64,000 bases of DNA from Mytilus trossulus (Eukaryota). The notes under the pieces were generated by a model. The model had not been told where the DNA came from. It saw only the letters and a list, made by a program, of their open reading frames with translations, and made no database searches. Positions 1 through 13,516 of the stretch are shown here, piece by piece (within the stretch, counting starts at the first letter, position 1; each line of letters begins with the position of its first letter). The position numbers and the translations under genes are program-made. The DNA is taken from positions 67,621,630 to 67,685,629 of the forward strand of contig NC_086376.1 in assembly GCF_036588685.1 (NCBI RefSeq), in the 5' to 3' direction.

Positions 1-1905
1 ACAGTGTTTAAATATATCAATATTAAATTATAAGTTTGTATTTCTTCAAGGACTAGTTATTATTCACACTTTCATTTACATAATAGCATCTAGTACAATG
101 TATTTTTGAACTCTTTTTGAATGTTATCAAAAGACATAAAATATTTACATATATATAAAGATACATATGGGTTAACCATCAATTAGACGGCAACCAGAAG
201 ATTTAACCAGTTTACCAAAGTAAACATTTTCAGTTACCATTGATAGCCGTTTATTGAAAAGAACTGACTTAATAAGAATCATCTCATTGCATGTCTGCAG
301 CAATACAACTTTAAATGGTCTATTTTTTAAGACTGAATGTGAGCTTTGACTTGTTTTTCACTAGTTATTTTGGAGCCCTTTATAGCTTGTTGTTAGGTGT
401 GAGGCAAGGATCTGTGTTGAAGACGGTTCTTTGATCTATAATGGTTTATTTTTACGAAATTGTGACTTAGAAGGACAGTTGTCTCATTGGCACTCATACC
501 ACATCTTCTTATCTCTGATTAAGGAAGAAATACTATGAAGATGTAATAACTACTAGTATTTGTTTTACAACAGAATTTCCAAGACTAAAAACAGATGTAA
601 TTTAATTGAGACAGCAACAGATCCCCCATTAATTGAAAGAAGTTGTACATAGATTTCAGAGAGTCAAAGATCTTTTATCAAAACTGGTCTTTTACTATAA
701 ATATAGAGGCTAAAAATATGGCGATAAACAATAAACAATCATAAGACAAACAGTATACAAACACATCATAGAAATCAAACCCTACCCAAAAACTGCTACA
801 AACAAAGCTAACCTCTTATAAGGTTCATACCAATAAGCATCACAGTTTCTAGGCAAAACATTTGTCCTGAACAAGCATGAAATATTTGACACTGTTTGTT
901 AAATAAACACAACAATCAATCAATATATGTGACACACAATGACATACCAAAGTAAATGACACAATTACCCTTTGAAAAAATCCTTCAAAATATGTACTTT
1001 GTCCTAAATTAACCCATAAAATCTTTATAAAGAGACAACATGCAGTTTACAAATGAGTTTTGGAAGGACCATACATATGAAACTTGACACAAGGGAATTA
1101 AACATTTAAACAGCTTATCTCCCTTGAAAAAATTCTCTTGTGTCTGAAGTCCATTTTTAATAACATTACCCATGCAAAGAAAAACATGAAAATTGTAACA
1201 AATATCTAAAAGAGTTAGAAATGCTTTCAGTGCCCATCAAATAACACTGATGAATATTTGATTATAAAGCCAATGAAGCATGGTGTCATAAAATGTAAGA
1301 ATGATATACATGCATGCATGTTAACTACAGATAATCAATAAGCTTTTTACACATTAATCAAATCATCATATTATACTTAATCAAAATGTCAAGCCTTTTA
1401 TTAATTAAGTATATTTTATAATTCCAAATCGGTTTATTAGACTTAGAATCAGTGCAAAATTCCAGATCCATTGGAGGCTACAGAATATAAATATATTCTT
1501 GAATATTAGTTGCAGAACTTCCCTGTTTCTAGTGCTATAAAATTATCCAAACCAAATAAAAATATGCAATTATTTAACTTTTATTTTCCTGGTATTCAAC
1601 TTTGTGGTCCAATTAAAAAGTAGAATTTTGCAAGAACAAATAATCATGGTTATAAATAAAGTATTATAATTAAGTGGCAACTGTTTTTATTTTAGACCAT
1701 TGTAATAACCACAAAACTAAGACTTTGGAATACTCTATGAAACCACAAACTTCTTCATTAAATGTTGGGTTTTTTTTTTTTAAAAGAAAGATTATTTCAA
1801 ACAGGTATCGTTCTTTTCAAATTACATGTAAAAGAATTCCAAATTTTTAATTATACTGTTAGTTTAAAATTTTGTCCATGCAGCACACGCATGCATATAT
1901 ATTAC

Positions 1906-4338
1906 CCTCACAGGAGATACAACTACTGGAAACACAGCTGAACATGTCAACATTAATGGTGTAGCTTTGAAAGATTGTTTGACTACTGATAGGCCCATTG
2001 TTGTACCAGAATTTATACGAGTTGGTTGTGAAGGTGTTGAGGGAATAGATTCTGTACTCCCGAGTGTTATTGGTGATCCCAATGAAGACATACCTAAACT
2101 TAGGTCCAAAGATGTTGAAGAAGTACTGGTGCTCTCAGCGGTATTATATGACAAAGCTACAGCAGATAAAGATGGAGCAGAAACTGATTTCGACAATCCA
2201 GTTTTTTGCTGAATGCCTTGTACAGACATTGTTTGAGAAGTTGCATTCTCAGTTTCATGTATAGTAGCCATGGTTGTTTTACTCTGGATTTGTAATGGTG
2301 GTTCTTTGAAGATAGTCAGCTTGTCTGGCTTTTTGGCCTGGTTATCTGCAATTAGTGGTTCCTTAACTAATAAATGTTTGCTTTGGTCCTCCAATTTTCT
2401 TACAGATTTTGTCCTGAGTTCTGGCAAGGTTTTTTCATTCATATTCATATCTGCTGTCCTTAAATTTGGCAGTGATTCTGAAGTCTTTAAAAGCTTCAAT
2501 GGTGTTGCCTTTTGAGACTGCTTGCTGTCTGCTGAGCTCTGTAAATTATTTATTTTGACAGGATGTAGTTCACAACTAGCTAGGTTTTCTTCTTGATTAC
2601 CGGTAGTGTCATTTCTCTGACCTTTATTTTTGTGAGTGCCTAAGGACTGATGCATGGTACCAAACTCTTTGCTTTTCTTTGTTTCATCAGCTGCAGACTT
2701 GTGGATTTTAACAATGTCATTAGATTTAGGATTTTCAACTGCTTCGACTGATTTTGGGATGATCATGGTAACCTGGTCAATTCCATAACTTTTCTGATAG
2801 AAATTTCTTGTTATAGAAATGTCATATTTGTCTGTTGACAGAGAAGTTGTTTCTTTCACAAGGACAACATCTTTTTCAGATTTTTCAACTTTTTGGTTTA
2901 AGTGTACGTCCTTATCGAAAGATTTCGGCTCACTATCATTCAAAAGATTGGCCATTTCATTGGAAACTTCTTCTTTCGCATCTAACGACGTTTTGAGAAT
3001 GTTTTCTAATTTGGTATCTCCATTTGTCCCATTAAAATTAAACTCGGGTTTCACAGTTGACCTATTTACTTCCATGTTCCTTGCAGTTGACCTGTCTAAT
3101 TTCATTTTTTCAAATTCTTCTTCATTACAAGTAACTCTTACAATTTTATTATCAATTACTTTCCAAAATGGCATAAATTTTTCTTGTTTTTCTCTATCAT
3201 AAGTTTTTTCAATAAGATTTTTCGAATCGCTTATCAGAGAACTGATATTTTGTTCTTGTGCCGTCTTAAATTCAGTTGTCCTTGACAAATCAGAATCAGA
3301 ATAATATCTGAAAACATTTTTGCCTTGCAGAACATCATTCTCAGACAATTTGTTCTCACTATTTTCAGAATATTCTGAAAGTGGTCTGGAAAGAGTACCT
3401 GTGGCCTCTGGACGATCTCCATCTTTTAGTTGTAAAGTTTTATCACTTGTTACAGAATATTCAGAGATAGGTCTTGAAGCGTTATTTATCAAATCTGTTT
3501 CTGTCAAAGTTTTAGTGCTTTGGGTAGATTCAGAACATTCAGAATATTCAGAGTTAGGTCTCGTTACTTTTCTTGGCATTTTTTCAACATTTTGAATACT
3601 ATTCAGAGAATTATTTACAGAGTTTTGATCAACTGAAGTTTCAGACCCATTTCTTGAGTTCTTTTCCAAAAAAGGTCTAGATGCACTGACAGAAGTTTGA
3701 TGAAAAGAGGGTTCAGATACAAATTTCCTGTCATCGTTACTTTCAACAGGAGACAAAGTAAACATTGGAGAGGTACTCAAGGGGTCCATTAAGCTCAAAG
3801 TGTGTCTCTTCATGGATGTTTTAGGGCTGTAATCATTTAATTGCTCCACTGAAGTATAAGACCTGTATAGTGTATAAGGTGTTTGAGGTTTAGTAGCCAT
3901 GCCAGTTTTATTTGGTAAGAAGTTTTGTCTCTGTGGTGTGGTCTGGATCACTGTGTTTGACACAGAACTAGCTTTAGATGACACTGTGGTGTTGACTGCC
4001 CAATTTGTTGCTTTCACTGTCATAAATCTTGGCTTTCCAAGAGGATTCCTTCCTTTGTTGTCACTGTCATCAACTAGACCAATTTTACTCATATCACCTG
4101 CCGAAGACGATACATGTGTTCTTTGAAAAGCTGGAGTGAAATGGCTGCTGGAAGATTTTTGTGTTATCAAATTACCAGCAACATTCTTGTTATCAGTACT
4201 AGGACCATCTAAGATGTTCTCAGCAGGAATTACGGTGCCAGTACCAGCCAAATTTGATCTGAATCCAGGCAATGACATTAAATGGTACAGTGGGTTATAT
4301 AGTCCAGGCCTACGACTAGACACAGAGGTACCAGGATC
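1906..4338 (-). CDS. Giant Ser/Thr/Lys-rich, low-complexity in-frame exon, probably an alternative exon of the LRRC49 gene. If the 1906 donor is unused it is a terminal exon reading to the TAA at 1864.
   Basis: 819-codon ORF in AT-rich DNA. Acceptor ttttgtctgtag|GAT at 4338 is phase 0 and in frame with the ORF. Candidate donor AGG|gtaata at 1906 is also phase 0 (2433 nt = 811 codons). Confidence 0.75.
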
Positions 4339-4828
4339 CTACAGACAAAACATGTCAATATGTTCTAAATAAAAATGCAAGGGAAAAAACATGCAAATAT
4401 TTTATAAATAAAAGTGCAAGGTATAAACATGCCAATATTTTCTAAACAAAAGTGAAAGGTATATACATGCAAATATTTTCTGAAAAAAATAGCCCAAGGA
4501 CAAAACATGTAATACGGTTTTATTGAACCAGTACCAATCTGAATAAAACATATAAATGTGTGTTTCATCTGACACACCACATATAGCAAGACAAAACATC
4601 TTTTAAAATGACAAGAACTCAATAATGCTATATTATCTGTTGTCACTATTTAATGCAATGCTAAGGGGAAATTGCACAATTACTTTCCTTCAGGAAATAT
4701 AATTTGTATTGCTGTACAAATTTTTCTTTTAGTATCATACAACTATAACCATTAATTTAATTCATTAGTTGATCTGATCTAAATTCTGAAAATCACTAAA
4801 TTCCAGTCAGTATACTTTAATTTATATA

Positions 4829-5864
4829 TGTTCCGGACCATATGAGGATTTGGACCATACGCGTATGGTCATGACCATATGGGTATATACTCATATGGTC
4901 CGACCATACGCGTATGGTCGGACCGTACGTGTATGGTCGGGGTAATTTACAGGTTTACTTCTAGTTGTCACGTCATTAAAAAGACACTACCAAAGGTAAT
5001 TTTATTATAGATCTATAAAAAATTTAATAATAACAAGATTAACAAAATGAAATAAGCAGTTTCACACAGTAAATTTTTTCACTAGTCATAACTACAGTAA
5101 AAAACTTTTTTTTTCATTTTTCGATGTGTTATTACGAGTGAATGGCAAAATGTCGACATGGGAAGATAACCTCCAAATATATCTTATTATTGAACTGTTA
5201 CACATTCAATCAATTGTTTTACTATAAACTGACGTAAACGTCGACAGGATAAAGAGTCTAATAATGTGCTTACTTTTGAAACTTTATATAATTAGCATTT
5301 ATTTAGCAGTGCAATATTCAGAATGTTTATACTAATACGTGTTTTTGTTGTTAACAAATGAATGACGTAATCGGCAAGGACCCTAGTTTAATTTTCTAAG
5401 TTGTCTGGTGATATGATGCACTTCAGTCTTGTTACGATATTGGAAATCTAGAGCTTTTTAAAAACATCGTAGACACATCGGAATGACCCAGGACCCCAAA
5501 AAATCTATGGTACCGTACCGTATGGAAGTAAACGTCATCCTAAACATACAAGCAAGAATACCATTAGCGATGAAAAGTAGCTTTGGCATAATTATTTAAT
5601 GCTATTTGAATAGTAAATAATACAATTGCATGTAGAAACATTGTTTTTTATAAAGTTTTCTAATGCATATTATTGAAAATCTAATACCGATTTGGTCCAA
5701 ATACTCATATGGTCCGGCCCGTTAATAACCAAACGAGTATCATACTCATATGGTCCGACCATACGCGTACGGTCGGACCATACGGGTATGGTCGGACCAT
5801 ATGAGTATACGCATATGGTCATGACCATACGCGTATGGTCCAAATACTCATATGGTCCGGAACA
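4829..5864. mobile_element. Non-autonomous TIR element (MITE) with ~100-bp palindrome-rich TIRs, copy 1
   Basis: Ends TGTTCCGGACCATATGAG...CTCATATGGTCCGGAACA in a TATA context, with repeated GACCATACGCGTATGGTC palindromes. Confidence 0.88.
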
Positions 5865-5969
5865 TATACACAAATATTGACCCATAAAATTATAAATTAT
5901 CCACACTCTTTGGTGTTAATATTGAACTATATTGACCATAGCCCCTACAAATATTCACTGATTACTTAC

Positions 5970-6117
5970 TGTAACTCGTTTCATGTCCAACTGTTTAAGC
6001 TGTTGCATATGTCTGAGTACAATCTGTTTATAGTACTGTTCCTGAGCGATAGGGTTCCCATCGAGAGATATTTCTGACAGACTAGTAGATTCTCCAAGGC
6101 AAGCAATGTCTTCAAAA
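5970..6117 (-). CDS. LRRC49: LRRC49 last LRR/LRR-cap exon (SFEDIACLGESTSLSEISLDGNPIAQEQYYKQIVLRHMQQLKQLDMKRVT)
   Basis: 148 nt, splice sites tttcag and gtaagt, phase 2 to 0. Has the DGNPIAQE..YK..QLDMKR LRR-cap motif. Confidence 0.94.
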
Positions 6118-7764
6118 CTGAAATAAAGAAAGATGATTTAGGAAATGATATTTTGAGTTTAATTTCGTAACATAAAACCCAAAAGCTGTTTGTATTTCAA
6201 CTTGTTAAAAATAGACTACAAACTTTTTCCTAAAACTAATTATTCTATCTCAACATGCTAAATGCTATAAACCTAGAGTTTTACAGTCTTTTCAAAGCTA
6301 TATTTTAAGTCACGTAACCTGAAGTTGTGGGTTTTATTGTCCTAAAAACAATAAACTGTGTCTTGTTTTCAAATCAAGGAAATCCAAAGTAAAATTAATG
6401 TTGAACTGACAAAAATCAAACCCAATACATATTGATTGTCCATATCAATGTCGTATGATTGAAGCTTTATAATGATATATATCATTCAGAAACAAGTATA
6501 TTACATGTTTTTTGTAAGTCAAGGGCTATTACTCTAGTAAACTAAAAACCAAATAGGCAAATACGTTTTTTTCATTTCATATAAATTCATATAACATTTT
6601 TCCATTTGGCTAAGCAGTTCTTCATTTGTATGTACATTTTACTATGTAAGGTGGATAGAGTTATCAGTAGTTCACTGGACTGATATGCAAAAGATGATTT
6701 ACACCTAACCCTCAATTGAGTCAAATTTATCAAAGACAAAAATGCTGAAATTGCTCTAAAATTTTCAGAGTTCAAATAAAGATCATACTAGAACATTTAT
6801 AAAATATAAAGTAAATATGTATTTTCTTTCTTAAAATTTGACACTTTTGAAATACAAGTACTACTGAAATCTTCTGTCTGTCATTTTGGAGCCAATCTCT
6901 TTATTTACCAAAGAAAAAATATCTTTATTGTTATTTATTGAGCTTAGTTTCTGATGTGAAGACTATCACTGATAACACTTGGCACCAGTAAAGATGGACA
7001 TGATGGATGTCAAATGCTATGAAATTTTTGCTAAAATCTCTTTATTGTATCTTATTCTCAAAATCTGTTCATAGCAATCATCCTCTGAAAAAACTTATGA
7101 AAAAAAACTAAAAAGGAATCTTAACATGCAAAGCAAGATTACATTTGTCACATGAATAACAACATAAAATCCTAAGTTTAAGGTTCATATTCCTTTTGGC
7201 CTTCTTTAACTGTCTCTAAAATCTCTGACAGAATCAATAGAGAATAATCAACAGAAACTTGAGATTTTGACAACTAAAATATGATGACTGTTTAAAACTT
7301 TGAAAACCATACTTTTTCCCGACTTTATATCCTATTTAAATCTTACTCAATACGGTGTATCACGTTTAAATCTATTTCAAAACGTTTTAAATGACTTTAT
7401 AACTGATATGGATCTGAAGCACCAATTTTAAACTGTTACTTGAATTCTTCTGATATACACTTAATTTATTTCTATATTGAATATGATAGGTTATCAACCT
7501 ATTCCTAACCATTTTTATACTTTTTACATAGTTGATGTTTATATAATTTGGGTAGTTGGCCTCTGTAAAACTCTTTACGATTGTCTGGTTTGTATATTTG
7601 CAATTATTCATGAAAATTTGGCCTTCTAAATCTTTTAGGGTGTATAGATCTAATCAAATGCAAACAATATGAATTCCATTCTAGAAATATGTGCATCTAT
7701 TAAAAATCCCATGCTGGGTTAACCAAGAAACTAATCGGTATGTGTGGCTTCCCTGACAAGACTG

Positions 7765-7983
7765 TGTGCCGCATGTGGAGCAGGATCTGCTTACCCTTCC
7801 CTAGCACCTGAGATCACCCCTAGTTTTTGGTGGGGTTCGTGTTGTTTATTCTTTAGTTTTCTATGTTGTGTCATGTGTACTACTGTTTTTCTGTTTGTCT
7901 TTTTCATTTTTAGCCATGGGGTTGTCAGTTTGTTTTAGATTTATGAGTTTGACTGTCCCTTTGGTATCTTTCATCCCTCTTTT
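7765..7983 (+). repeat. Interspersed repeat: tail of the same retroelement family
   Basis: GGAGCAGGATCTGCTTACCCTTCC..GCACCTGAGATCACCCC. Related copies lie at 55845-56030 and 61160-61380. Confidence 0.7.
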
Positions 7984-10483
7984 CTGAATAATGTGTTAAA
8001 TTACAGAGACATTTTTCCTAATAACATTTTGAATAAGGAGCTAGCATGGTGAAAACTCAATTTAAGGTATTGGTTTTGTACAAAGCACAGTAAAAGTTTG
8101 AGATCATTATTATGTACACTGTATGTTTAAAAAATTAATAGACACAACATATAGTCATAATATTGATCCTTGTTTGCTTCAAGTTTAAAGTCAAGTGGAG
8201 TGACAACATTATGATGGAGGTTCCATAATTATAGAGTTGTCTTTAAATATACACTTTCTGGTATTGTAAAACTGACTATCAGGTTTAAAAGTACAAAACC
8301 TATGTACAACACATCTACTTTTAGACCACAAAAGTATACTTAATTCACTTTTAGTCAGTTTTAGACAACCAAAAGAATATTAAATTCACTGAGACAACCA
8401 AAAAAGCTCTTAAACTTGCCAATTAGTCTAGGAAAAAAGTACTCATTTACTCAATCAGTCACCTTATATGTTGCCATTAGGTGTCTTTTACATTTTTTGT
8501 ACATGTATATGCACCAAACAAAACTCATCAATATTCTATTAAAGTAGCATGTGCAAGATTTCTCTGATTTGAAGTTCTTACTTATGCTATATGAAATACC
8601 ATTCATAAGATGCATTTATGAAAAGGAAATTATTGCATTGAAAAAAGCTATATTTCAACATGTGCTTACAAATGATAAGAAATTTATCAATAATGGATTA
8701 TAATACTTTCATTATTACAAAATTAAACACCAGAAAAACAAAAAAATACTAATTTCTTTTTCACAATAGAAAACACTTACTTTCTGCCATTACGACAATT
8801 TTTGACTTTTTCTCTATAGTTTCTGTAATGCCACATGATAAACTATGTTTCCTCTCAGTTCTTGATGCAATCAATTGTCTTTACAACGTATATAATTCCA
8901 TTTCAAAAGCAACTATTTGCTCAATATATATCCATGTATACTTGTTGCTTATCGAATTTCCAATCTCAAATTATTTCGGTTTCCATCAAATTTACCAAAT
9001 TAATAAGAAATCTCAGTTGTACATTTCCATTAAATACAAATCTAAATTGAAATCACATATCAAGAATTCCAATAAAGTTGCAAAATTAAAATAAATGATC
9101 CCAGTTTCCATTGTTCTTTACTTGTACATTTTTATCAGCTAGATCTTTTTATGATATTACTGGTACATGAATTTCATAAATACCAAAACAAGAAAACTGT
9201 GAAAAACAAGTGTAAATAAACTCCTTCCATATATAGATTTAATAATTTGGGTGAAATAAACAAAGGTATGTTTCACTGATCATATTACATGTATATCTAA
9301 TCTCCAAGATTACTTTCAAATCTTCTTAAAAAGACAAACTGTCAATTAAGTAAAAAACAAATTCCAGCATGTATATTATCCAAAAGACTTATTTTTTAAA
9401 TAACCACAAGACAGGTCTATTAAACTGGAAACTGAATGGGTTAACCTACACATTATATTTTAGATATATACAAACATCAACAATAGGTCAATTCTTATTG
9501 AAAGTATAAAAAGAGGTATCGTTTGAAGGTTGCATGCATAATATTTACAGTATATATAAAAGACAGCTTTTAATGGGTAGGTAGGACAGCTCTAATATCG
9601 ATTTAAACCTGTTCTAATATTGATTCCTTTTAGTATGTTTCATGTTTAACTAAACTATCCTCGTCTCTTTCAACAAATTTACTCTCTTGTCTGATTAAAT
9701 AGTTTATAACAAAGATAATTAGTTTTGTTTGAATACTGAAAATGTTTCTTTCGTTGACACAACAATTTACATTTTAATTTCAGCGAAATTTCTAAAATGG
9801 CACCATAATTTCCGTTCGGATATAAAGGAACTTAATTTGTTAAACAAGGTCTTCACCTATAAAAATGTCATTAACTCCATAACTGATTTGTTTAGTACAT
9901 ATCAAAATAACGAAATAAGAAAAAGCAGTTTAATAACAAAAAGATCACTTTCATCATAGAGCATTTTTTTTTTAAATGATGGAACATTAACAAGTCATCA
10001 TACATGGTCTACAACAACTGGGAATGATCTATGTATATTTTCAAAAGGTTAACATATTAATACAGTGTGCTCCATGAGCAAGCTCAGACCTAGCATATGT
10101 GATGGAGGGGAACATTCTAACAAAACCTTATTGAATAGATTTTCATTTTTTAGATATTGGAACTGCAGTTCAATTTAAAACATTTTGATATCCTTGATAT
10201 CAATTCTCAGAAAAATACAAGAAATTATAGACTTAAGCGCTTATGTCCCTGTTCCTTTTGAACAGACTTATTCTAACCTCTAGTATTAATAGTAAATTGA
10301 AACTGAAGTGTGCAAACTCATTGAAGTTCTATCCTTATTTTCTAATTAAAAAATATTAGCAATATTGGCTATTGTTGTTGGTCATATATATCAGATATTA
10401 TTTCTTAAACTTGACACCCTGTCCAAACTATGAATGCCAGATTTTTAATCCTTTTTAAAAAAAAAATCTTTCTAAAGAAAATT

Positions 10484-11257
10484 AAAATTTGTAAGGGTTC
10501 CGCGGAACCCAGTGTCTCGCCTATTTTTGCTGTAAATCGCAGGCTCAACAACAATGAGGAAAAAAATCAAAATATTCCTCTTGTTACTATTTTATGATTG
10601 TAAGAAAATCTAAGTCCATTTAAAAGAAAATTACAGAAAAAACGGAGTAATCTTTTTACAAAATTTACTTCTGGATACAATCTTATGATCATAAATAAGC
10701 TTCTGTCCAAGTTTGGTACAAACCCAGGATAGTTTAAGAAAGTTATTAAAATTTTAAAAACTTTAACCACAGAGTGAATGTAATGGTTCTCGGCAGAAAA
10801 ACTAAGTCCATTTAAAAGTAAAATATGGAAAAAATGGATTTATTTATTTACAAAATTTACTTCTGGATACTATCTTATGACCATAAACAAGCTTCTGTCC
10901 AAGTTTGGTACAAACCCAGGATAGTTTAAGAAAGTTATTAAAATTCTAAAAACTTTAACCACAGTGTGAATGTTTTGTTTCCCCGCAGAAAAAACTAAGT
11001 CCATTTATAGTAAAATACGGAAAAAATGGAATTTTATTTTTACAAAATTTACTTCTGGATACTATCTTATGATCATAAACAAGCTTCTGTCAAAGTTTGG
11101 TAGAAATACAGTATAGTTTAAGAAAGTTATTAAAATTTCAAAAACTTTAACCACAGAGTGAATATTTGTTGACGCCGCCGACGACGCTGACGCCGACGGA
11201 ATGTAGGATGGCTTAGTCTCGCTTTTTCAACTAAAGTCGAAGGCTCGACAATAAAAA
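10484..11257 (+). mobile_element. Helentron/HINE-like non-autonomous element with internal ~192-bp tandem repeats
   Basis: 5' palindrome GGGTTCCGCGGAACCC, about 3 tandem units, a (GAC/GCC)n microsatellite and a short 3' hairpin. This architecture is typical of bivalve satellite-carrying Helentron-like elements. Confidence 0.7.
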
Positions 11258-11963
11258 GGATCATTGATGCCTAAGCAGAGTTGATATCTTTATGGATCTG
11301 TAGCAAAAGAAACAAATAAATATTTGTGTCAAGTACACAGAAGACCTTACAGTTTAATGACAATTTATTCCAAATGTGGGAAAAAATGCCTACATCTCAG
11401 TCTTTTAAGTGAGGCTTTAACTTTAAACCTTTGACCAAAATTTAAAAGAGTTCTTTTTCACTTAAGGTTAGTATAATCCAGGAAAGGTTGGAAAAGATAA
11501 GAGTTATATCACACACTCTTACTATAACTGCTATGGACAATGAGTGTTACAATTCTTCACGACACAGTAGCTGACCATTTATAAACACACTTTTACTATA
11601 ACTGTAGAGGTACTGCTGTTGTGGACTATAAGTGTTACAATTCTTCTCTGTCAAGCTGCTGATCATATAAAAAAGTTCTGTTAAATAGTTTCTGAGTTTG
11701 ACCTTGCGAGACCCTCATGGGAAGTCAAGGTTGTTAAGCACCCCATAGTAGTACATGTAGTAGTTTCTGATAAAAATGTGTCAGAAATTATTTGCTGGAA
11801 GGTCTGACAGAAGCACAAGGTGAATCCAACATAACCCCCTACTTTAAGAGTGGGGTTATAATACAGATGACAAACAAAAATCATGATCAATTAGATTTGA
11901 AAAAAAACAAGATTTAATAGTCCCAATCTTAAAAAGCTTTTGCTATTAAGAAAAAAACGTTAC

Positions 11964-12154
11964 CTATTTCTCTTCCAAGTAAGCCGCGGAGTCACATCCT
12001 GGTCCAGAGATTGATTGTCTACCTTTTTGGCATTTTTGATTGAAAATGAAATTCCCTTAACACCTAACTTGTCCATTTTCCTATGTCTTTCACACAGACA
12101 GTGAAGTAACTGCTGTTTAAATCTCTCAAAATCCATCATCTCTCTACGAGACAT
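11964..12154 (-). CDS. Candidate internal alternative first coding exon (MSRREMMDFERFKQQLLHCLCERHRK...LTWKRN)
   Basis: ATG-initiated, 63 codons plus AG|gtaacg phase-2 donor. Compatible with the phase-2 acceptor at 6117. Confidence 0.5.
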
Positions 12155-13516
12155 TATTAATAGTCCACTCCAAAATTTTAATCCCTCAATAAGTTATTTA
12201 CTGACCATTCGAGTCAGAGTCAACAAACTTTTAAGACCTTTGTTTTTGCTCATAATATTTAACTTTTAAAAATATGAAGATTTGAAATTTAGTCAAGAAT
12301 TCATTGCACTTCTAAATTATTCTTTTATTTCTTCAAATCCATGTTAGTATATTACAGTAAATGTTACGTAATAGCTGCAGTGAATCAGAACACATGCTGG
12401 TGCATTTACTGCAAATTCTGCGTAAAATTGTATCCAACGGTAAAATGCACCTCTATACCACAATTATCAACTTTTTTTCAACAAATTTTGACCATTTTAA
12501 ATTGATACAGTATGTCAAATAGCTCATTAAACTTTCAATAGAGAACAAACTATAATACCACTTCACATAGCTATAATATATCTTAGTCAAACATGTCAAA
12601 TATTATACTGAAACCATATAAATCATATTTGGCAGAATAAAGACACATTCAAATAAACCAAATTACCAAACTGGTGTTTCTGATCAATATTGCCTTGTAA
12701 CACACACACGCAAGTAAACAAAACAAATTTTTAAAATTCTCACTCCAAATGCATTTACAAGTTAAAAAACTATTCAATTTTTCAATTTTACTTTCTGATT
12801 TTCTTTGTTGAAAGTGGGACACACAATAAGATTGTAGAAAGCAAAAGATTGAAAACTTTGTATAGAGATGAATGAGTTAATTAAAAACTTCAGTAATTAT
12901 CAACAAGACGACTTGCTTTTTATAAACCTAGGTATTCATTACAACTTTCCTATACATGGTAATGAACTAGTGCTCCCCATAAATTTAATTTCTAAACTTA
13001 TTTCTGTTATAAATAACACATACAAATCATTAAAAGTAACTTGATATCGGATTTTTTTTTTTATTAGAACCTGTTTAATAAAATTAATATATTGCATGAT
13101 TGCACATATTAAACTGATCAGAAATTTCAACTGAAGCATTTAAATAAACAGGTTATTTTATATGCTATTCCCTTTAAAATGGCTGTCGCTCACCTGGCAA
13201 TAAGGGAAAGGGTGCCATCCGTTATTGCTAGCAATTACAAATCTAGTTTTATATGCTATTCCCTTAATGTGTAGTCATCATGATACAATATAGTAGAAGC
13301 AACAGGGCAGAAATATTATCAACCATATTACATCAACTTAACAAAACAACCCAAATATAAAAAAGAACATATGGTATGATTGTCAATGAGACAACTCTCC
13401 ACAAGAGATCAAAATGACACAGAAATTACCAAAAAATACCTCAGTCCACTATTTTAATTTTATCCCAATCCTAGCCAATGTTTTATAAAAAAAACTTCAA
13501 AGTGCTTGTTGGTTAA

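Noticed and set aside
1-1860. Next conserved LRRC49 exon (EEERR coiled coil)
   Set aside because: Not found by eye in this interval. It is presumed to lie outside the window.
1967-4372. Several plus-strand ORFs of 66-127 aa
   Set aside because: They are antisense shadows of the long minus-strand ORF.
5670-5906. ORFs with repeated GPYEY/YSYGP peptides (also 51062-51262)
   Set aside because: They are translations of palindromic MITE TIRs.
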